Positions 56,576 to 64,000 of a stretch of DNA of 64,000 bases are shown here, in pieces; position 1 is the stretch's first letter, and each line of letters opens with the position of its first letter. The DNA is taken from NCBI GenBank assembly GCA_040901675.1, contig JBBDYJ010000035.1, forward strand, positions 96,001 to 160,000, given 5' to 3'. A program made the position numbers and the translations under genes. The notes under the pieces are model-generated. The model was not told the DNA's origin. It did not search any database and was given only the letters and a program-made list of their open reading frames with translations. Source of the stretch: Pirellulales bacterium (GTDB lineage Bacteria; Planctomycetota; Planctomycetia; Pirellulales; JAICIG01).

Positions 56576-58405
56576 ATGGGTTATCGCACCTTACGACAGT
56601 GCATTGACGACCTGGAGGCGGCCGGGCACCTGGTGCGGCTCGATGAACCAATCGACCCCTACCTGGAGGCGGCCGAAATCCAACGCCGGCTGTACCAGGC
56701 GGGCGGGCCGGCCGTCTTATATACCCGCCCCCACGGGTGCCGGTTTCCGCTGGTCAGCAACCTGTTCGGCTCGATCGAGCGACTGCGATACATGTTCCGC
56801 GACTCGCTGGAGCGCGTCGGCCGCCTGGTGGAGCTGAAGGTCGATCCCGGCTCGTTCGGCCGCCGCCCCTGGCGCTACGCGGCGGCGGCGCGCGCCGGGT
56901 TCGACGCGCTGCCCCGCTCGGTCCGCGACGGACCCGTCCTGGCGCATGAAGTCGGCATCGCCGACTTGCCGCAGGTCACCTGCTGGCCCAAGGACGGCGG
57001 CCCGTTCATCACCCTGCCCCAAGTCTATACCGAGCATCCCGATCGGCCCGGCTGGCAAGCTTCGAACCTGGGGATGTACCGCGTCCAGTTGGGCGGCAAT
57101 CAGTATCGGCCCAACGAAGAGGTCGGTTTCCATTATCAGATCCATCGCGGCGTCGGCGTACACCACGCGGCCGCCATCGCACGTGGCGAGCCCTTGCGCG
57201 TCAGCGTTTGGGTCGGTGGCCCGCCGGCCCTGGCCGTGGCCGCCGTAATGCCGCTGCCCGAGGGGCTCTCCGAGCTGGCATTTGCCGGCGCGCTGGGCGG
57301 CCGCCGGCCCCCCTTGATCCGCAAGCCCGGCTGGCCCGCCATCCACGCCGAGGCCGACTTCTGCATCACCGGCCGCATCGACGATCGCCAGTTGCCCGAG
57401 GGTCCGTTCGGAGACCACTTGGGCTACTATTCGCTGGTCCACGATTTTCCCGTGCTGCGCGTCGAGCACGTCTATCATCGCCCGGGCGCCATCTGGCCGT
57501 TTACGGTGGTCGGGCGGCCGCCCCAGGAAGACACCACGTTTGGCCAGTTCGTTCACGAGCTGACCGGTCCCGTCATACCGACCGTGGTCGCGGGCGTACG
57601 GGCCGTCCACGCCGTCGACGCCGCCGGAGTCCATCCCTTGCTGCTGGCGATTGGTAGCGAGCGCTACGTGCCCTACGCCGAGCGGCGGCGGCCGGCCGAG
57701 CTGCTCACCCAGGCCAACGCCATCCTGGGGCAGGGACAGATGTCGCTGGCCAAGTACCTCTTGATCGCGGCGCACGAGGACCAGCCGGCCTTGGACATCC
57801 ACGACATCCCGGCTTTTTTCAGGCACCTGCTCGAGCGGGCCGATTGGACTCGCGACCTGCACTTCCAGACCTGCACGACGATCGACACCTTGGACTACTC
57901 GGGCAGCGGACTGAACGAGGGCTCGAAGGTCGTGATCGCGGCCGTGGGTCCCGCCCGCCGAGAGTTGCCCGGCGGGGTGCCGGCCGATCTCCACTTGCCG
58001 GACGGCTTTCGCGACCCGCGGCTGGCGTTGCCCGGCGTGCTGCTGGTGGCCGGGCCGCCGAGCACGGCCGCCGGCAGTGACGCGATCGAAAGCTTCGCCG
58101 CGGCCATGGAGGGTCACCAGCCGCTGAGCCGCTTTCCGCTGGTCGTGGTGGTGGACGACTGCGAGTTTGCTGCCCGGACGCTGAACAACTTCCTCTGGGT
58201 CACGTTCACGCGGTCCAACCCGGCGGCCGACCTGCACGGCGTGGGCGCATTTGTCGAGCAGAAGCATTGGGGCTGCCGCGGCCCGCTCATCGTCGACGCC
58301 CGCATCAAGCCGCATCATGCCCCGCCGCTGATCGAGGACGCGGAGGTAAGCCGGCGCGTCGATGCGCTGGCCGCACCGGGCGGGCCTTTGCACGGGATCA
58401 TTTGA
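56576..58405 (+). CDS. UbiD-family (prFMN-dependent) decarboxylase
   Basis: WPKDGGPFITLP, NLGMYR, EGPFGDHLGYYS, GRPPQED, DTLDYS. Confidence 0.93.
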   Translation: MGYRTLRQCIDDLEAAGHLVRLDEPIDPYLEAAEIQRRLYQAGGPAVLYTRPHGCRFPLVSNLFGSIERLRYMFRDSLERVGRLVELKVDPGSFGRRPWRYAAAARAGFDALPRSVRDGPVLAHEVGIADLPQVTCWPKDGGPFITLPQVYTEHPDRPGWQASNLGMYRVQLGGNQYRPNEEVGFHYQIHRGVGVHHAAAIARGEPLRVSVWVGGPPALAVAAVMPLPEGLSELAFAGALGGRRPPLIRKPGWPAIHAEADFCITGRIDDRQLPEGPFGDHLGYYSLVHDFPVLRVEHVYHRPGAIWPFTVVGRPPQEDTTFGQFVHELTGPVIPTVVAGVRAVHAVDAAGVHPLLLAIGSERYVPYAERRRPAELLTQANAILGQGQMSLAKYLLIAAHEDQPALDIHDIPAFFRHLLERADWTRDLHFQTCTTIDTLDYSGSGLNEGSKVVIAAVGPARRELPGGVPADLHLPDGFRDPRLALPGVLLVAGPPSTAAGSDAIESFAAAMEGHQPLSRFPLVVVVDDCEFAARTLNNFLWVTFTRSNPAADLHGVGAFVEQKHWGCRGPLIVDARIKPHHAPPLIEDAEVSRRVDALAAPGGPLHGII

Positions 58406-58410
58406 AACCC

Positions 58411-59271
58411 ATGGCGCTCGAAGACTATGCCGTCTGGTTGATCGTCTGGCTGTTCGCGGTCGGCGCCTGCATCGGCAGCTTCATGAACGTGGTGGTCTAC
58501 CGGCTGCCGGCCGGTCAGAACCTGCTCTATCCCGGCTCGCGCTGCCCCAGTTGTGCTCAGCCCATCCGCCCGTACCACAACATCCCCATTTTCGGTTGGC
58601 TTGCCTTGCGGGGCCGCTGCGCCGACTGCGGTGCCCGCATCTCGCCTCGCTACCCGGCGGTCGAGCTGGCCACGGCCCTGCTATTCGCCCTGCTCGCCTG
58701 GGTCGGACCGTTGTCCGGTGGGAAAAACCTGCCCGGCGCCGTTGACGCCGCTCACGGGCTGTTGTGGGGAATCTACGTCTACGATCTCACGCTCGTCTGC
58801 GCGCTCATCTGCGCCGCTTTGATCGACTCCGACGGCCATCCCCTTCCCAAGCGTCTGTTCGCCGCCCTGCTGGTCGCAGGCCTCGCCGCGCCGCTGGTCT
58901 GGCCAGATCTGCGGCCCGTACACAGCGGGCTGACTGGCAGCGCGGCGTCAGGCGCCTGGCCCGGCTGGCTGGTCGGCCTCTCCGACGGCCTGGCCGGTTT
59001 GTGTGCGGCGTTGATTCTATCCTGTCTCGCGCGGCCGGCCGCCGCTCGCGGCCCCAGCGGTCCATCCGGCCGGATGAACACCGCGGCCGTGTTGGCTTGG
59101 GTTGGCGTGTACTTAGGGTGGCAGGCTGTGTGCTGGCTGGCCGCGCTTACCGCCGTTCTGTTCCTTGCCGCGTTGTTGGCCGGCAGCCGTTGGCCCGCTG
59201 CACGATCTGTCGGCTTGCCCGGCTGGCTGGCCCTGGCGACTAGTTGCTGGTTGCTGGTTGCTGGTTCCTAG
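58411..59271 (+). CDS. A24 prepilin-peptidase-like protein
   Basis: GSFMNVVVYRLP, SRCPSC, NIPIFGWLALRGRCADC, ISPRYP, multiple TM segments. Confidence 0.85.
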   Translation: MALEDYAVWLIVWLFAVGACIGSFMNVVVYRLPAGQNLLYPGSRCPSCAQPIRPYHNIPIFGWLALRGRCADCGARISPRYPAVELATALLFALLAWVGPLSGGKNLPGAVDAAHGLLWGIYVYDLTLVCALICAALIDSDGHPLPKRLFAALLVAGLAAPLVWPDLRPVHSGLTGSAASGAWPGWLVGLSDGLAGLCAALILSCLARPAAARGPSGPSGRMNTAAVLAWVGVYLGWQAVCWLAALTAVLFLAALLAGSRWPAARSVGLPGWLALATSCWLLVAGS

Positions 59272-59289
59272 TTGCTGGTTGCTGGTTCT
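59243..59289. repeat. Heptamer tandem repeat (GTTGCTG)n
   Basis: About seven units spanning the stop codon of the peptidase gene. Confidence 0.9.
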
Positions 59290-59371
59290 CGATATTCTGC
59301 TTGCAGGGCGCTCGGGCGTTGCTCGATAATCAGCGACAGCCACTGGCCTCAAGGACTCATTGGCGGGAATC

Positions 59372-60454
59372 ATGAAGCAAATCGTCATCGCCGTGCTGAA
59401 TGCCAGTTTGCTCACTGCTCTTGCGGCGCCGTGCAGTCTGGGTGCTGATTATGAGCCGTTCCCCCTCTTTTCGGGTCAACACGGGGCGGGACAGATCGCT
59501 TTTTCGGGGGATGGCAACTCGCTGGGGGTCTTCATGCAACCAGATAAGGAGCTTCGGATCTGGAATGTCGCGACCAGGCAAGAGAGCGCGGGAATTGCGG
59601 TCGGGGAGGATGTACATATGTGGGCGTTCGCGCCGGATCGAGAGATAGTGGCGTTCGCCCATCAGGGGGACGGCACCGTTAGCCTGTGGGATGTTGCCAC
59701 CGGGCAAGAGATTGCCGCAAAGCGCCGCGCAGGGGGGACGCGGGATACCGCCGGCTGCCTTGCATTTTCCCCAAAGGGCGAAAGTCTCGTTTGGGAGATG
59801 GATGGGAATCTACAAATCTGGCCGCTAACGGAGCCGGGGTACGACAGTGAGACCAAGGAACTGAAGCTTGATGGGTTCGGTAGCGTCTCGTTCAGCCCTG
59901 ATGGACAGACGATGGTCGTTGGACGCACGGCCAAGACGCGGCGTCGCGACCGGCCGCGGGGCGAGGTGCAATTCTGGGACGTTCCCACGTGGACGCGGCG
60001 GCGCAGCCTCACCGGTTACCCGCGATTTCCGTTCGTGGCGCTTTCGCACGATGGCAGCCGCCTGGCTATCGACTGCCGCGAGTTCGTCGACTTGATCGAC
60101 GTTGCCAGCGAACGCCGCATCCGGGTTCAGGTGCGCCAGCCGCCGTTCGACCCCCCAATCGAGCCCTACTACGTGGCGTTGTCGGCGGACGGCCAGGTAT
60201 TGGCGACGGCGCGCTGGCTAAGGCCGCCCGTCGTCTCTCTCTGGGATGCCGACACCGGCGAACCGATCGGCACTCTACCCCACCCGGACACGGAAGGGAT
60301 CCATTCGATGGCCTTTTCGCCGGACAACGTGCACTTTGCCACCTCGATTCACGGCGGTCTAGATGTCCCTGGGAGTGGCGGCGTCTACCTCTGGAAGAAG
60401 ATCCCCAAGACGCCTTCGACCGGCTCCAAGTCGAGGGGTCTGTCGCGGGATTGA
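59372..60454 (+). CDS. Secreted WD40-repeat protein
   Basis: Signal peptide, repeated AFSPDG / LWD motifs. Confidence 0.88.
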   Translation: MKQIVIAVLNASLLTALAAPCSLGADYEPFPLFSGQHGAGQIAFSGDGNSLGVFMQPDKELRIWNVATRQESAGIAVGEDVHMWAFAPDREIVAFAHQGDGTVSLWDVATGQEIAAKRRAGGTRDTAGCLAFSPKGESLVWEMDGNLQIWPLTEPGYDSETKELKLDGFGSVSFSPDGQTMVVGRTAKTRRRDRPRGEVQFWDVPTWTRRRSLTGYPRFPFVALSHDGSRLAIDCREFVDLIDVASERRIRVQVRQPPFDPPIEPYYVALSADGQVLATARWLRPPVVSLWDADTGEPIGTLPHPDTEGIHSMAFSPDNVHFATSIHGGLDVPGSGGVYLWKKIPKTPSTGSKSRGLSRD

Positions 60455-60600
60455 ATTTCCGGCCGTCTCCTTGTCAGCGAAGGACGTGACTACGCAATCA
60501 CCCTCAGAGCGAGGCTGAACTGGCCGCGCCTCTCCCGGATCAATCAAATCAAGGCGAAGTGCATCCACGAGTTCTCTGCGAACATCGACCGGTCATCGCA

Positions 60601-61448
60601 TCACTTCCTTCGCTTTCCAGGCTTGGTACGTGTACCGCCGGTGGATTTGTCCGTAGCGGGCAGCGCGGGCGCCCCGGTTTCGCCCTCTCGCCTGGCGGCT
60701 GCCAGCCGCTCCCGCGCCAGCGGATCGCCTCGTGCAGCTTCTTCTCCAACAACTCGCGGGGTGGAAGCTCGGTCAAGTAGGCCGCCACGCGAATCCCGCT
60801 CTTCTCTAATTCCAAAAGCTCGACGTGCTCTTCCGACTTGTCCGCGCAGAGCAGCAGTCCGATCGGGGGCTCCTCTTCCGGCTGAACCTCGTACTTCTCG
60901 AGCCAGCGCAGATACAGTTCCATCTGCCCCTTGTCGGCCGCCTGAAACTTTCCGAGCTTCAGGTCGATCGCCACCAGCCGCCGGAGCCGGCGATGGTAAA
61001 ACAGCAGGTCGAGATAGTAGTCCTCGTTGTCCACCGTGATCCGCTTCTGCCGGGTCACGAAGGCGAAGTCGGTGCCCAGTTCCAGAATGAAGGCTTCCAA
61101 CTCGCGCAGGATGGCCTGCTCCAGATCCTTCTCGGCATACTGGCCGCTCAGGCCCAGGAAGTCGAGAAAGTACGGATCGCGGAAGACCAGATCGGGCGTC
61201 AACTGGTCTTCCTTCCGCAACCCGCTGAGGTCCTGTTCGATCAATTTCTCCGGCTTCTTGGCAACGGCAGTTCGCTCAAACAGGAGATGGTCGATCTTGC
61301 GCCTGAGAGTCCGCACGCTCCAGCGCTCAATGCGGCACATTTCGGCGTAAAAGTCACGCTTGAACGGCTCTTCGAGCGGGATGATTTCCACGAAATGACT
61401 CCAGCTCAATTGTCGCGACAGCGTCGCGACAATCTCTTCATCCGGGAT
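60601..61448 (-). pseudogene. DUF1016/YhcG PD-(D/E)XK nuclease, 5'-truncated, with a 1-nt frameshift near its 3' end
   Basis: LSWSHF, RDPYFLDFL, ELGTDFAF..RQKRI, DLLFYHR, GQMELYL. The N-terminus is missing. Adding one C at ~60721 restores RLARERLA...*. Confidence 0.85.
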
Positions 61449-61561
61449 CTTTCGCGGATGCGGAGGATGACCGAACGTGCTGTCTGGGGCCGGTGCTCCG
61501 CAATGAACGTCAGAATGCCCTGTAGATCCGCCTCCGCCAGCGGCGTGAACAGGAGCTTCAT
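61449..61561 (-). pseudogene. ParE/RelE toxin N-terminal fragment
   Basis: MKLLFTPLAEADLQGILTFIAEHRPQTARSVILRIRER, ATGA-coupled to the antitoxin, then joins DUF1016 DNA. Confidence 0.8.
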
Positions 61562-61809
61562 GACTTCTGATGAACGGTGGCTTCGATGATGGCCAGGCGA
61601 TCTTCGAGCCGATGAAACACGTCCTCGGATGGGATGAGGTCTCCCCGTTCAGCCTGCTCTATGCCGGCCTGGATGGCAGCGACCACCTGCCGGGATTTCC
61701 GCAGCAGACCAACGGCGTCGTTGAGTGCCTCGGCTTCGCTGGGGTACGTTCCCCGGCTCACGAGTTCCTTGATGTACAGATCGTTTTCCGGCGAGAGATT
61801 TGGTGCCAT
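61558..61809 (-). CDS. ParD-like (CC2985 family) antitoxin
   Basis: LVSRGTYPSEAEALNDAV...IQAGIEQAERGDLIPSEDVF. Confidence 0.85.
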   Translation of the reverse strand: MAPNLSPENDLYIKELVSRGTYPSEAEALNDAVGLLRKSRQVVAAIQAGIEQAERGDLIPSEDVFHRLEDRLAIIEATVHQKS

Positions 61810-62066
61810 AGGTTAATCTTACCACGCCGCCGCGCGCCAGCCAAGCCGCGCGACGGCGCCAGGAGGACGACCGGCGGGCGGCCATACCGCGACAATCCAT
61901 TCAAGCGCGAGGCCTGCGACCGGACCTCCGGCAACTAGCCCCTTGCCTCCTCATCCTTTCGTCCTCTGCCTCTTCGTGTCGTCTATGTAGTCTAGCTGCG
62001 GTCAAGTAATTACGGCGGCCGAAATTCTGGCGAATCCGGCTTATGAATTGGCTAAACTAATCGGCC

Positions 62067-63485
62067 ATGGTCAAGCTCACCTTCCATGGAGCGGCCGAAA
62101 CGGTCACCGGCTCGAAATACCTGCTCGAAGCGGGCGGGGCACGGGTCCTGTTCGACTGCGGATTGTTCCAGGGACTCAAGGAGCTGCGGCTCAAAAACTG
62201 GCAGCCGCTGGCGTTTGAGCCCTCCAGCGTCGACAGCGTGGTACTGACGCACGCGCATATCGACCATATCGGGTTCCTGCCGCGATTTTCGCGGTTGGGC
62301 TTCGCGCGGGCCGCCTATGCGACGGCCGCCACGGCCGACCTGGCCGAGATCATCCTCTTGGATGCAGCCAAGAACCAGGAGGACGACGCGGAGTATGCCA
62401 ACCAGAAAGGTTTTTCCAAGCATAAGCCGGCACTGCCGCTGTTCGACGAGCGGGACGTGCGGCGGGCCCTGAAACTGCTCAGGCCGACCGCGCGCAACGA
62501 GTGGTTCAACCCGGCCGGACCCATCTGGTGCCGCTACCACGATGCAGGACACCTGCTCGGCTCGACCATGATCGAAGTCGAAGTGCGCCCCTCCGCCGAC
62601 CAGCCCTCTGCGGGTGCCCGGCCGCTGCGGCTGCTGTTCTCCGGCGACGTGGGCCGCTATGCGGCGCCCCTATATCACGACCCCTCGCCGCCGCCCGCTT
62701 GCGACTACCTCGTTTGCGAGAGCACCTACGGCAACCGCGACCACCCATCCGGCAGCGTGCTCGATCAGCTCGCCGATGTAATCCGCACGGCGGTCGCCCG
62801 CGGCGGCGTGATGCTGTTCGCCTCGTTCGCCGTGGGACGCGCCCAGCAACTGATGTACCTGGTGCAGGTCCTGATCCAGCGGGGACGCATCGGCCGCATG
62901 CCGATCTATCTCGACAGCCCCATGTCGGTCCGGGCCACCGCGGTATACCTGACCCATGCCGCGGACCACGACTTGAGCGAGTTGGACCTGTCGGCCGCCG
63001 CCAGCCACATGCTCGACACCCCAAACGTGCACCTGGCCCGCACGGTGGACGAGTCGAAGCGGATCAACGACGTGGAAGGGCCCGCGGTGATCATCTCGTC
63101 CTCCGGGATGATGACGGGAGGGCGGATCCTGCACCATCTCAAGCGGCGGCTGCCCGAGGAGCGCAACACCATCGTCGTGGGCGGGTTCATGGCGGCCGGA
63201 ACGCGGGGCCGGATGCTCCAGGAAGGCGCCGCGTGGCTACGCGTACACGGCAGGGACGTGCCGGTCCGCTCGGCGGTGGCCGAGATGTCGGGCTTGAGCG
63301 GGCACGCGGGCCGAAGCGAGCTGCTGCGATGGCTCGAGCCGCTGCCGCCGCCGCGGAGGGTCTTTCTCACGCACGGCGAAAAAGAAGGCGCCCTGGCGCT
63401 GGCCGAGCAACTGCGCGCCGGCCGCGGCTGGAACACGTGCGTTCCCAAGCTGGGCGAATCGTTCGAACTGGAGCACGCCACGTGA
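62067..63485 (+). CDS. MBL-fold beta-CASP ribonuclease
   Basis: LTHAHIDHIG, AGHLLGS, FSGDVG, ESTYG, FAVGRAQ, LSGHA, THGE. Confidence 0.95.
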   Translation: MVKLTFHGAAETVTGSKYLLEAGGARVLFDCGLFQGLKELRLKNWQPLAFEPSSVDSVVLTHAHIDHIGFLPRFSRLGFARAAYATAATADLAEIILLDAAKNQEDDAEYANQKGFSKHKPALPLFDERDVRRALKLLRPTARNEWFNPAGPIWCRYHDAGHLLGSTMIEVEVRPSADQPSAGARPLRLLFSGDVGRYAAPLYHDPSPPPACDYLVCESTYGNRDHPSGSVLDQLADVIRTAVARGGVMLFASFAVGRAQQLMYLVQVLIQRGRIGRMPIYLDSPMSVRATAVYLTHAADHDLSELDLSAAASHMLDTPNVHLARTVDESKRINDVEGPAVIISSSGMMTGGRILHHLKRRLPEERNTIVVGGFMAAGTRGRMLQEGAAWLRVHGRDVPVRSAVAEMSGLSGHAGRSELLRWLEPLPPPRRVFLTHGEKEGALALAEQLRAGRGWNTCVPKLGESFELEHAT

Positions 63486-63779
63486 ACGAGCGGATGGACA
63501 ACCTTTCGGCCGCGGCCGAGGCCAACCTCAGGGCCATCCTCGACTCGCCCAGCTATCGGTTGGCCGAGGTCGACACCGAGTTTCTGGCCCGGCCCGAGCT
63601 GCGGCCCGTGCGGATGCAGCTCGAGCTGTCGAAGCCCGAGCCGCGTCGTCGATTTTCAGTTCCTGGCCGACGAAGGCGTGATCGCCGACGAGCACCTGGA
63701 GCTCTTCAGCTATGCGGAAACGGCCCAGCAGGCCTGGGACACGATCGTCTCGTTCCACAACAAGGCGGCTAAGGCATGA
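63482..63779 (+). pseudogene. LOG/TIGR00730-family gene with a large internal deletion
   Basis: N-terminus SPSYRLA..D.EFL...ELRPVRMQLEL.KPE joins out of frame at ~63640 to the C-terminus VDFQFLADEGVIA.EHLELFSYAETAQQAW. The PGGxGT core is absent. Confidence 0.75.
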
Positions 63780-64000
63780 GCGGCGCCTCTTCCACGTCCG
63801 GTCCGGTGGCCCTGGTAACCGGGGCCGGCGCACCGCGGATCGGTAACTGCGTAGCCCGCACGCTGGCCGGCAAGGGCTACCGCCTGGTGCTGCACGCGTA
63901 TACCTCTGCCGAAGCGGCCCGTGCTACGGCCGCCGAGCTGTCGGCGCAAGGCGTCGAAGTCGACGTGCTCTTCGCCGATCTCCGCGATGAGCAGGCCGTG
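63776..64000 (+). CDS. SDR oxidoreductase, pteridine-reductase-like (partial, runs off the window end)
   Basis: VALVTGAGAPRIG...GYRLVLHA..S...ADL. Confidence 0.85.
   Translation, partial: MSGASSTSGPVALVTGAGAPRIGNCVARTLAGKGYRLVLHAYTSAEAARATAAELSAQGVEVDVLFADLRDEQAV

Overview
High-GC bacterial DNA, most likely a Planctomycete (Pirellulales-like), judged from the DUF1501/DUF1549-DUF1553 pair, a PVC-type HEAT/cytochrome c dehydrogenase, a double-length UvrA and a prenyltransferase-repeat protein. The backbone is housekeeping: uvrA, speA, gltBD with a LysR regulator, RND and ABC transporters, a UbiD-family decarboxylase, flotillin/NfeD and a beta-CASP nuclease. No rRNA, tRNA, CRISPR array, intact transposase or integrase was seen. 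Five things stand out. (1) A translationally coupled flavoprotein / Cys-rich radical SAM / Cys-motif metallophosphoesterase operon at the left edge may act on organoarsenicals. (2) At least five families of REP-like hairpins plus 7/8-mer tandem repeats occur, several translated in frame inside uvrA, gltB and other genes. (3) Gene 3' ends are duplicated next to those repeats. (4) Four toxin-antitoxin-like modules all have a broken toxin and a retained partner, within a wider set of internal deletions. (5) A promoter and a three-hairpin candidate RNA lie upstream of a 1092-aa secreted coiled-coil protein of unknown family. All family calls come from motif recognition, with no database search. 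Several single-base frameshifts could be sequencing errors.
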